From an uncultured Desulfovibrio sp. (GTDB lineage: Bacteria > Desulfobacterota > Desulfovibrionia > Desulfovibrionales > Desulfovibrionaceae): a DNA stretch of 64,000 nt. Every line of letters starts with the position of its first letter. Position 1 is the first letter of the stretch. The notes below the pieces were generated by a model that worked only from the letters and a program-made list of their open reading frames with translations, had not been told where the DNA came from and ran no database searches. Made by a program: the position numbers and the translations under genes. Positions 37,834 to 48,230 of this stretch are shown piece after piece. The stretch is from positions 19,690-83,689 of the forward strand of contig NZ_CASDOY010000004.1 in NCBI RefSeq assembly GCF_949282365.1, given 5' to 3'.

Positions 37834-37856
37834 CATCCGACGAACAGAGGTGTACC

Positions 37857-38351
37857 ATGGCCGTGACCAATATCCCCATTTCCAAGCAGGGCTACAAGCG
37901 ACTGGAAGAAGAGCTGGCCCGCCTGAAGAGCGAACGCCCTGCCATCATCCAGGCTATCAAGGAAGCCCGCGAAGAAGGCGACCTGCGCGAAAACGCCGGC
38001 TATGACGCCGCCCGCGAACGCCAGGGCATGGCGGAAGCGCGCATCAAATACATCGAATCGCGCATGGCCCTCTATCAGGTCGTCGATCTGGACAAGCTGA
38101 GCGGCGACAAGGTCATCTTCGGCTCCACCGTGGAGGTGGAAGACGTGGATACCGAAGAAAGCAGGACCTATACCATCCTCGGCCCCGATGAAGCCGAACC
38201 CGCCAAGGGCTCCATCTCCTTCCTTTCGCCCGTGGGCCAGGCCCTGCTGGGCAAGGAAGTAGGCGATGAAGTGAGCGTGGACATCCCGCGCGGCCGCGTG
38301 ACCTACGAGATCGTGGACATCACCTTCCGCGGTTCCAGCATCTTCGACTAG
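37857..38351 (+). CDS. greA: Transcription elongation factor GreA
   Basis: AREEGDLRENAGY; ISFLSPVGQALLGK. Confidence 0.95.
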   Translation: MAVTNIPISKQGYKRLEEELARLKSERPAIIQAIKEAREEGDLRENAGYDAARERQGMAEARIKYIESRMALYQVVDLDKLSGDKVIFGSTVEVEDVDTEESRTYTILGPDEAEPAKGSISFLSPVGQALLGKEVGDEVSVDIPRGRVTYEIVDITFRGSSIFD

Positions 38352-38372
38352 CCGACGTCCTCTGCGCCCGCC

Positions 38373-38407
38373 AAAGCCCTGTTGCACAGCTGCACAGGGC
38401 TTTTTTT
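38373..38407 (+). terminator. Intrinsic terminator after greA
   Basis: aaagccctgt...acagggc followed by a T7 run. Confidence 0.7.
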
Positions 38408-38508
38408 CGCTCCCGGCCCCGCGGCGGCTCGTGACAAAGAGAACTTGGCAGCCCCGGCCCGGCGTGCTATGCTCGCCGCGATTTACTCTGCCGTACAAAG
38501 GTCCACGC

Positions 38509-39612
38509 ATGCCCAATATCTTGCCGCGCATCCTGTACATCCTTGCAGCACTGGCCTGGTTCCTGCTGCTCCGGCCCAATCCTGTCACCATCGTCATGGC
38601 CGGATGCTTCGCCTGCCTGACGCTGCCCAGCTACAGGCGCATGCGCTGCGTGACCCGCCGCTGGCGCAAGCATTTGCGGCTGCGCCACCCCGGGAGGCCC
38701 GGGCAGTTCATCGCCTCCTGCTTCCACCGGCTGCCGCTTTACGGCTATATCCTCCTCGTCGTCTCGGCCGTGGTCATCCCCATCAGCACCCTGGTCCTGC
38801 TGGTCTCGCCCCAGGTGGCCGGAGGCCTGGCCCGTCTGCGGGAGCTGCAGGCCAACAACTTCCAGCTGCCGCCGGAATGGGTCATGCGCGTCCAGGAGCT
38901 GCGCCACAGCCTGGCCGCCTATCCCAAGGTGGACAAGATGGTCTCGGAATTCCTCAGCAACCTGGACGCCCTGCTGGCCGATACCATGGGCCTGCTCATC
39001 AACCGCAGCGTGGACGTCCTGGGCGGCACCATGACCGTCCTCTGGACGCTCTTCCTCTTTGTGACGCTGACGGTCATCTTTGCCGCCTATGCCGGCAAGA
39101 TCAACCTGGTCACCGCCCGCATCTGCCACATCCCCGCCACCATGCTGCGCCGCTTCGTCCTGGCCGTTCGCCGGGCCCTGCAGGGCGTCATGCTGGGCAT
39201 CGTCCTGGTCGCCATCGCCCAAGGCTTCCTCTGCGGTCTGGGCTTTGCCGTGGCGGGGATCAAGCAGCCCGCCTTCTGGGGCCTGCTGGCCACTGTGGTG
39301 GCCCCCATCCCCTTTGTGGGCACGGCCATCGTCTGGGTACCGCTCTGCATCTCCCTCTGGTTTTCCGGCGATACCATGCCCGCCGTGGGTCTGGCGCTCT
39401 GGGGGAGCCTGGCCGTCACCAGCGTGGACAACATCCTGCGCCCCCTCTTCCTGCAGCAGGGCATCAAGGCACCCTTTTTCGTGCTGATCGTCGCCATCCT
39501 CTGCGGCCTCGGCAGCTTCGGCCCCATGGGGCTCATCATCGGACCCGTCCTGCTGGCCATCGCCATGCAGGCCGTGGAAGAGGCCCATCAAACGTATCAT
39601 CATACAGCCTGA
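38509..39612 (+). CDS. AI-2E (PerM/TqsA) family membrane transporter
   Basis: VAIAQG; IPFVGTAIVWVP; VDNILRP; FGPMGLIIGP. Confidence 0.88.
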   Translation: MPNILPRILYILAALAWFLLLRPNPVTIVMAGCFACLTLPSYRRMRCVTRRWRKHLRLRHPGRPGQFIASCFHRLPLYGYILLVVSAVVIPISTLVLLVSPQVAGGLARLRELQANNFQLPPEWVMRVQELRHSLAAYPKVDKMVSEFLSNLDALLADTMGLLINRSVDVLGGTMTVLWTLFLFVTLTVIFAAYAGKINLVTARICHIPATMLRRFVLAVRRALQGVMLGIVLVAIAQGFLCGLGFAVAGIKQPAFWGLLATVVAPIPFVGTAIVWVPLCISLWFSGDTMPAVGLALWGSLAVTSVDNILRPLFLQQGIKAPFFVLIVAILCGLGSFGPMGLIIGPVLLAIAMQAVEEAHQTYHHTA

Positions 39613-39618
39613 GGCACC

Positions 39619-40476
39619 ATGTTCCACTCCCCTTCCCTCCCGGGGCGCTGGCTGTGCGCCCTTGCATGCGTCCTTGCCCTGCTGTGGCTCCCCGACAACG
39701 CCGATGCCGCCCGCAGGGCCCGTGCCGCCGTCATGATCAACCTGAGCACCGGCAAGGTCCTGTACGAGCACAACCCCAACCTTTCCATCCCGCCCGCCTC
39801 CCTGACCAAGGTGATGACCATGTACCTCACCCTGGACAGGATCAAGACCGGCAGGCTGAAGCGCAACACCACCTTCCGCGTCCATCCCACAGCGCGGGTG
39901 GGCGGTTCCAAGATCCGCCTGCGCCCCCGCCAGCAAGTCAGCGTTGACCAGCTCCTCTACGGCATGGCCGTGGCGTCGGGCAATGACGCGGCCATGGCCA
40001 TATCCCAGCATATCAGCGGCAACAGCCGCAACTTCACCGCCCAGATGAACCGCAAGGCCCGCCAGCTGGGCATGAAGAAGACCGTATTCAAGAACCCCAC
40101 GGGCCTGCCGGCCGCCGGGCAGCGCACCACGGCCCGCGACATGGCCACACTGGCCCGCGCCTATCTGCGCAACCATCCCCAGGCCCTGCGCTACCACAAG
40201 CAGCGCTCCTTCCGCTTCAACGGGCGCACCCTGGGCGCCACCAACACCCTGCTGGGCATCAACGGTGTGGACGGCCTGAAAACAGGCTGGACCGTGGCCT
40301 CGGGCTACAACATCATCGTCACGGCCCGCCGGGGCAAGACCCGCCTGCTGATCGTGGTCATGGGCGGCAGGAGCCGTAACGCGCGCGACATGGTGGCCCG
40401 CGAGCTTCTGGAGGCCGGGTTCAAGACCCCCGCCTCTCCGGCACAGGTACGCAAGTGCATGCGGGGTATCCTCTAG
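39619..40476 (+). CDS. D-alanyl-D-alanine carboxypeptidase (peptidase S11)
   Basis: PASLTK (SxxK), SGNDA (SxN), KTG. Confidence 0.9.
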   Translation: MFHSPSLPGRWLCALACVLALLWLPDNADAARRARAAVMINLSTGKVLYEHNPNLSIPPASLTKVMTMYLTLDRIKTGRLKRNTTFRVHPTARVGGSKIRLRPRQQVSVDQLLYGMAVASGNDAAMAISQHISGNSRNFTAQMNRKARQLGMKKTVFKNPTGLPAAGQRTTARDMATLARAYLRNHPQALRYHKQRSFRFNGRTLGATNTLLGINGVDGLKTGWTVASGYNIIVTARRGKTRLLIVVMGGRSRNARDMVARELLEAGFKTPASPAQVRKCMRGIL

Positions 40477-40557
40477 CACGTCTTGACCTCGTACGGCACA
40501 CGTCGTATGTTTCGACTATCAATGGCCTGAACGGCCCAACATCCAAGGGAGGCCCCC

Positions 40558-40764
40558 ATGTTCGGCATCGGCATGCAGGAACTTTTGCTTATTTTGATCG
40601 TAGTGCTGCTCATTTTCGGCGCCAACAAACTGCCGGAAATCGGTGGCGGGCTGGGGCGGGCCATCCGAAATTTCCGCCGGGCTTCGTCCGAACCTGACGA
40701 GATCGACATCACCCCCGGCAAAGACAAAAAGCCCACCTCGGGCGACGATGCCCCCAAAGCGTAG
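40558..40764 (+). CDS. tatA: Twin-arginine translocase TatA
   Basis: [38 protein letters not shown]. Confidence 0.95.
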   Translation: MFGIGMQELLLILIVVLLIFGANKLPEIGGGLGRAIRNFRRASSEPDEIDITPGKDKKPTSGDDAPKA

Positions 40765-40775
40765 AGGATCCTGCC

Positions 40776-41213
40776 ATGAAAGCTGAACAACTTTCCGTTT
40801 TTCTGGAAAACCGTGCCGGCCGTCTGGCCGAAGTCACCCATACGCTGGCCGAGGCCGGCGTCAACATCCGCGCCCTTTCGCTGGCGGATACCTCTGATTT
40901 CGGCATCCTGCGCCTCATCGTGGACGATCAGGACAAAGCCAAGGCCGTGCTCAAGGAACACGGCTTCACCCTGGGGCGCACCAGCGTGGTGGCCGTCCAG
41001 GTGCCCGATGCGCCGGGCGGGCTGGACAGCGTGCTGCAATTCGTTTCCCAGCACGGCATCAATGTGGAATACATGTATGCCTTCATCACCCGTGAGGCGG
41101 ACTGCGCCATCATGATCTTCCGTTTCGACAAGACCGACCAGGCCGTGGATCTGCTCAAGGCCAATGGCTTCACCATCCTGCCGCCGGACCAGCTGTTCGG
41201 CGCCAAAGCCTAG
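40776..41213 (+). CDS. Tandem ACT-domain protein
   Basis: QLSVFLENRAGRLA; VPDAPGGL; INVEYMYAF. Confidence 0.9.
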   Translation: MKAEQLSVFLENRAGRLAEVTHTLAEAGVNIRALSLADTSDFGILRLIVDDQDKAKAVLKEHGFTLGRTSVVAVQVPDAPGGLDSVLQFVSQHGINVEYMYAFITREADCAIMIFRFDKTDQAVDLLKANGFTILPPDQLFGAKA

Positions 41214-41230
41214 TCGCCCTTCGTTCCGTC

Positions 41231-41257
41231 AGGCCCCGCTTCGGCGGGGCTTTTTTT
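41231..41257 (+). terminator. Intrinsic terminator
   Basis: gccccgc-ttcg-gcggggc followed by a T run. Confidence 0.85.
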
Positions 41258-42048
41258 GTGCCGTCCGCATAGCCCGCTGCCTGCCCTGCGGCCAAAGGGC
41301 CGCGTCCGCCTGAGCGTCCGCACGGGCGTGTCGACACGATCCACAGCTTGTCTGGAGGGAGAGGGAAAGCCCTCATCTCTGCTGCCGATACCCGTGGCTT
41401 CCTTCGTCGCACGGGCGCGGCCTGCGGCCGCCATCCGGTCGATGCCCGCGCGAGAGGGCGTTCCCTTCCCCCAGACCCGCCCTTTTCCCGACGCGCTTTT
41501 TCAAATGAGCGCGGGAGCATGTGGCAGGAATCCTTCACGGGGCATGCGTGACAGATCTTCGCCATTTGTTTGAAATAAATTATAAAATTTGCATCGATAC
41601 GCCTTAGACCGTCCGCATGGCATGCCGCACGGCAGCGCCTTCGGACAGTGCGCACGCCCCCGGCCTGTCTTTCCTTATGGACCGCAAGCACCCGACGTCA
41701 GGCCCGCATCCCCGCAGCGAGTCATCCGTACGGGGCCGTCGTACACGCCGCAGGCTCCCGGGGCAGGCCGTTCCGGCCTGCCCCGGGCGTTCCCTCCTCT
41801 GCACATAAAAGTTTTTTACCGCCATATCATGCTTGAATCATTTGATTTTTATCAGAAATTCGCATTTTTTGCAAAAAAATTCCTTTTTGCCCCTTTTCAA
41901 GCGCCAAGAGCGTCTTATCTAGTATCCCGTTGCGGGACCGCAGCAAGGGTTTACGGCGGTCATGACGCGATAATTTCAGCATCCGCCCCGCGGACGCTGT
42001 GCATGCCACCAGGATGTGGCCATAAAAATTTTTGGAGGATCTGACACC

Positions 42049-42339
42049 ATGAAACTGCAGCCCCTGAACGATCGTGTGCTGGTCAAGCGCCTGGAAACCG
42101 AAGAAAAGACCGCCGGCGGCCTGTACATCCCCGACACCGCCAAGGAAAAGCCCTCCAAGGGTGAAGTCATCGCCACCGGTCCCGGCAAGGTCCTGGAAAA
42201 CGGCACCCGCGTCGAACTGACCGTCAAGCAGGGCGACCTGGTGCTCTTCAACAAGTATGCCGGCACCGAAGTCAAGCTGGATGGTGTTGAACATCTGGTG
42301 ATGCGCGAAGAAGACATCCTCGCCGTCCTGACCGACTAA
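42049..42339 (+). CDS. groES: Co-chaperonin GroES
   Basis: [11 protein letters not shown]; [15 protein letters not shown]; KYAGTEVK. Confidence 0.97.
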   Translation: MKLQPLNDRVLVKRLETEEKTAGGLYIPDTAKEKPSKGEVIATGPGKVLENGTRVELTVKQGDLVLFNKYAGTEVKLDGVEHLVMREEDILAVLTD

Positions 42340-42397
42340 GCATCCGCCCCGTCGTCTTCCCTCTCCGTTTTTCGATCATTCCCAGGAGGAAAATATA

Positions 42398-44044
<1,647 letters not shown>

Positions 44045-44078
44045 GCCGCCGCGAAGCCCCCGCTTCCGACTGGATGAC

Positions 44079-44107
44079 AAAGGCCCCGCTTCGGCGGGGC
44101 CTTTTTT
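44079..44107 (+). terminator. groEL terminator (possibly bidirectional)
   Basis: aaaggccccgc-ttcg-gcggggcc followed by a T run. Confidence 0.85.
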
Positions 44108-44362
44108 GTATCCGTGACACAGCGATGCCGCGAGCCTATAAGTGCCCATGAGAGGCAAAAGGAGCCGCGGACAGTCCCCTGCCGTCCCGGGAGCGACGCG
44201 AAGTGCTTTTCCCTCCATGCCGCCGGAGCGTCACTGCAAGAGGCGGTCATCGCCTGTGCCCGCGCCTCCAAAAACACTGCAAAGGGCCGGGCCATTCGGC
44301 ATCCCGCCCTGTATCATGGACGCAAAAAAGGCGACCAGCAGAACTGATCGCCTGAATTTGCA

Positions 44363-44439
44363 TGGTGCGCCCGAAGAGATTCGAACTCCTGGCCTACAGG
44401 TTCGTAGCCTGTTGCTCTATCCAGCTGAGCTACGAGCGC
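44363..44439 (-). tRNA. tRNA-Arg (ACG), copy 1
   Basis: GCGCTCGTAGCTCAGCTGGATAGAGC...CT-ACG-AA...GTTCGAATC...CCA. Confidence 0.96.
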
Positions 44440-44858
44440 GTCGTGAGAATGTGTATAGGGGAAACTTGCACCCTTGTCAAACATTTTCGGGAAAATATTT
44501 TTCCCGGCCCTGTTGCGTGCAGCTGTGACCGCATCCCGCCCCGTTGCGCCAAGCTGGCGGCCATGCGGCTGCCTGTCTTCGCCCGCCGGGCCCGGCCCGG
44601 GGACCGGACGCACGGCCATGGCCCCCAAGGGCCCGGCGTGCTCCACGATATCCCGCCACAGCGCCGCCCCTGCCTGTTCGCCTCGACGGCCGCGCGCCAT
44701 GAAAAAGGGCGAAACCGTCACATGGCGTGATCATCAGCTGGTGGCACCGGTGCAGACATGTTGCACCATCCGCCCAGGCGCGGGGCGGGCCTTCCTGTGC
44801 GGGGCTCTGGCGGAGATAAAAAAAGGGTCGCGGTCCGCACCGCAACCCGTGATTTTTA

Positions 44859-44936
44859 TGGTCGGGATGGCGCGATTTGAACGCGCGGCCTCAGCGTCCC
44901 GAACGCTGCGCTCTAGCCAAACTGAGCCACATCCCG
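44859..44936 (-). tRNA. tRNA-Pro (CGG)
   Basis: CGGGATGTGGCTCAGTTTGGCTAGAGC...TT-CGG-GA...GTTCAAATC...CCA. Confidence 0.96.
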
Positions 44937-45403
44937 TTGCAAGAGGAGATATTACACCGACGGGCACCGACTTGCAAGTGTTTTTTCAAAAAAATTTCCA
45001 CCGGGCCCTGCCGCCTGGCTCCATGCCTCCTCTGCGCAGGGTACGGGCCTCATCGTGACGGGCAGCGGGGCGAACAACTCTCCCAGCCGCCATGCGCGGG
45101 AGACGCGCCCCTTCCCGCGCATAGCCGACAGGTCACGGGGCTCGCCGGCATGCGCGGGATAGCCGTGGGGCGATACGGGCGGTCATATCGGGTGGCCCTG
45201 GTCGCCATGCGCAGGACACGACCTGCAGCCACGGGCAGGATTTCCCCCTATCCTCCCGGGCGCAGCGACAGCTCTGCGGACCAAGCCTCCACGGCGGGCA
45301 GGTTCCTCCCGCAGCAGGGGCTGCGCGTTGACTTTATGCCAAAAGGGGCTACAACCCTGATACCGGTTCGCCTGTCCGGTAAAAATTCTTTTGAGGTTGC
45401 TTT

Positions 45404-46783
45404 ATGTCAACGACAGGATCCACAGAGAACTTCGGCTACGGCCAGGAACTGAAACGCGAACTCAGCTTCAAGGACGTCTTTGTCTACGGCATGCTGTTCA
45501 TGGTGGTCATCGCGCCCATGTCCATCTACGGCTACATCTCCAAAGACAGCCAGATGATGGCGCCCTTCGTCTACTTCGTGGGCATCTGCGCCATGTTCTT
45601 CACCGCCCTGAGCTACATGAAGATGAGCAACCGCTTCCCCATCGCGGGCTCGGTCTATGCCTATGTGCAGCGCGGCCTGAACCATCATGTGGGCTTCATC
45701 GCCGGCTGGCTCATTTTGCTGGACTATGTGTTCGTGCCGGCCCTGCTCTACCTGCTGACCGCCAACTGGTGCGTGGAGCTCTTTCCGGCCACGCCCCGCT
45801 GGCTGTGGGTCATCATCTTCGTGGGCATCAATACCGTCATCAATGTCCGCGGCATCACCTACACCGCCCGCGCCGACTGGATCATGTTCTATGTGGAAGC
45901 CGTGGTGCTGGCGCTCTTCATCGGCTTCGGCCTCAATTACGTCCTTGGTGACGGCGGCGGCACCGGACAGCTGGTCATGGATCCCCTGTACCGTCCCGGC
46001 GAGATGAACCTGCAGTTCATCGGTCTGGCCTGCACCATCGCCTGCCTCTCCTTCCTGGGCTTCGACGGCATCTCCACCCTGGCCGAAGAGACCCACCGCC
46101 CCGAAGTGACCATCGGGCGCGCCACCATGGCCGCCCTGCTCTGCATCGGCTTGTTGTTCATGCTCCAGACCTATGTGGCCACCATCATCCAGCCCGACCT
46201 GGACAAGATGAATCCCGATACGGCCTTCTTCGACGCGGCCGCCATCGCCGCAGGCGACTGGTTCCGCAAGGTGCTGCTGGTGGTCAACATCCTGGCCGTG
46301 GGCATCGCCAACACCATGAACGCCCAGGCCGCCACCTCGCGCGTGCTGTACGGCATGTCGCGCGACGACGTGCTGCCCGGCGTCTCCGGCCTGTTCCGCA
46401 AGGTGCATCCCCGTTTCCAGACCCCCTATATCGCCACCATCGCCGTGGGCATCTTCTCCATCCTGGTGGCCGAGCTCTCCACCGTGGAAGACCTGGCCCG
46501 CCTGGTGAACTTCGGCGCCCTGACCTCCTTCATCCTGCTCAACATCGCGGTCTTCAACTTCTTCTGGCTGCGTGAGAAGATGCGCGGCGGCAAGGCCCTG
46601 CTCAATTATGTGGTCTGCCCCTTCTGCGGCGTGCTGATCCTGGGCTATGTCTGGCTCTCCTTCGACAGCATGACCCAGATCGTGGGCTTCAGCTGGCTGG
46701 CCGTCGGCCTGGTCATCGGTTTCGTCAAGAGCAAGGGCTACAAGGTCGTGCCCGAAGCCTTCCGCAAGAGCGATATGGTCTAA
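45404..46783 (+). CDS. APC-family amino acid/polyamine permease (PuuP/PlaP-like)
   Basis: GSVYAY; SFLGFDGISTLAEE; SRVLYGM.RD; LVNFGAL. Confidence 0.88.
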   Translation: MSTTGSTENFGYGQELKRELSFKDVFVYGMLFMVVIAPMSIYGYISKDSQMMAPFVYFVGICAMFFTALSYMKMSNRFPIAGSVYAYVQRGLNHHVGFIAGWLILLDYVFVPALLYLLTANWCVELFPATPRWLWVIIFVGINTVINVRGITYTARADWIMFYVEAVVLALFIGFGLNYVLGDGGGTGQLVMDPLYRPGEMNLQFIGLACTIACLSFLGFDGISTLAEETHRPEVTIGRATMAALLCIGLLFMLQTYVATIIQPDLDKMNPDTAFFDAAAIAAGDWFRKVLLVVNILAVGIANTMNAQAATSRVLYGMSRDDVLPGVSGLFRKVHPRFQTPYIATIAVGIFSILVAELSTVEDLARLVNFGALTSFILLNIAVFNFFWLREKMRGGKALLNYVVCPFCGVLILGYVWLSFDSMTQIVGFSWLAVGLVIGFVKSKGYKVVPEAFRKSDMV

Positions 46784-46806
46784 CCTTTCAGCGCAGGAGT
46801 TCCTCC

Positions 46807-47700
46807 ATGCAGTATTTCGACAAGGTCGTCTATACCTTCAGCGCCGACAACGAGCCCGCCGGCAGCATCGACTCCGGCGAGATCGTCATCTTCCGCACCC
46901 AGGACTGTTTCAGCAACCAGATGCACTCCGAAAGCCAGCTGGTGACCAGCTGCGACTACAGCAAGATGAACCCGGCCACCGGTCCCCTGTTCGTGCGTGA
47001 CGCCCGTCCCGGGGACGTCATCAAGGTGGAGCTGCTGGACGTGCAGTGCGACACCATCGGCACCACAACCACCCTGCCCCAGATCGGCCCCCTCTGGGAC
47101 AAGTGCGAGACGCGCACCAAGCGCATCCCCATCGAAAACGGCAAGGCCGTCTTCAATGACGTGACCTTCCCCATCGATCCCATGATCGGCGTCATCGGCG
47201 TGGCGCCGCAAAAGGGCGTCAGCGTGCCCTGCGGCTATCCCGGCAGCCACGGCGGCAACCTGGACTGCAAACTGATGGTCAAGGGCCATACGGCCTACTT
47301 CCCCGTGCGTGTGGAAGGCGGCCTACTGCAGATGGGCGACATGCACGCCGTCATGGGCGACAGCGAGCTGTGCGGCACCGGTCTGGAGATCAACGGCAGC
47401 GTCATCGCCCGTGTGAGCGTCATCAGGGACTGCCCTCTGGAATGGCCCGTCCTGGAGACCGCCGACACCTGGTACACCCTGGCCAGCGCCCCCGGCTATG
47501 AAGAAGCCCTGCGCCACGCCAGCGTGCAGATGCAGCGGCTGGTGGCCGCCGCCACCGGCTGGGACGCCACGGACGCCTATCTCTACATGTCCCTGCGCGG
47601 CGATCTGGAGATCTGCCAGGCCTGCAAGCCCTGCGAAGTGGACCTCATCGTGCGTCTGGGCGTGCCCAAGGCCGACATGAAGCGCCCGCTGGTGGGCTGA
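46807..47700 (+). CDS. Acetamidase/formamidase (FmdA/AmdA) family protein
   Basis: NPATGP.FV..A.PGD; PMIGVIGVAP; HGGNLD; GDMHAVMGDSE. Confidence 0.9.
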   Translation: MQYFDKVVYTFSADNEPAGSIDSGEIVIFRTQDCFSNQMHSESQLVTSCDYSKMNPATGPLFVRDARPGDVIKVELLDVQCDTIGTTTTLPQIGPLWDKCETRTKRIPIENGKAVFNDVTFPIDPMIGVIGVAPQKGVSVPCGYPGSHGGNLDCKLMVKGHTAYFPVRVEGGLLQMGDMHAVMGDSELCGTGLEINGSVIARVSVIRDCPLEWPVLETADTWYTLASAPGYEEALRHASVQMQRLVAAATGWDATDAYLYMSLRGDLEICQACKPCEVDLIVRLGVPKADMKRPLVG

Positions 47701-47762
47701 TGTGACGCAAGGGGCGGTGTGCATCCTGCGGCCTGCATCCGCGGACGCAGGACCCGGCAAAG

Positions 47763-47796
47763 AAAAAGGCTGTCCGCGACCACGGGCAGCCTTTTT
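47763..47796. terminator. Bidirectional terminator between convergent genes
   Basis: aaaaaggctgtccg...cgggcagccttttt. Confidence 0.75.
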
Positions 47797-47828
47797 GTGT
47801 CCCTTCTCCTTGCCGTCCGGCAAGGATG

Positions 47829-48230
47829 CTATTTTTTCTTCCTGCCGCGGCAGGTGATCCGCTCCAGCAGGCGGTCATAATACATATCATCATCAAGGTT
47901 CAGGGGCCGCTGATGCCTCATGCGCGCCTGCAGGATCATGAAACGCAGTTTCTGCATCTGGCGCACGCGCTCCTGCTCGTCCTCGCAATGCTCCAGCATG
48001 TCGGCCAGATTGCTGATCTCCTTGCGCTCCGCCAATTCCGGCGGCACGCAGCCGGCATTGCGCAGGACCTTGTAGGCCATGCGCAGCTCCTCGGGGACAT
48101 GGCTGTCGTCCTCCAGCTCCAGCGGCCTGCCCTGACCGGGGAGATGATCGAAATCCCCCTTGGCCATGGCTTCCTCGATACGTTTCTCGGCAATGGTCTG
48201 GATGACGGACCAGGGGCTGACCTCAGCCAT
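47829..48230 (-). CDS. DUF1992 family protein
   Basis: IAEKRIEEAMAKGDFDHLPGQGRPL; ELRMAYKVLRNAG.VP. Confidence 0.85.
   Translation of the reverse strand: MAEVSPWSVIQTIAEKRIEEAMAKGDFDHLPGQGRPLELEDDSHVPEELRMAYKVLRNAGCVPPELAERKEISNLADMLEHCEDEQERVRQMQKLRFMILQARMRHQRPLNLDDDMYYDRLLERITCRGRKKK

Noticed and set aside
41214-42048. CIRCE operator or sigma-32 promoter upstream of groES
   Set aside because: No TTAGCACTC-N9-GAGTGCTAA; AT-rich tracts exist but no convincing consensus; the short ORFs here look spurious
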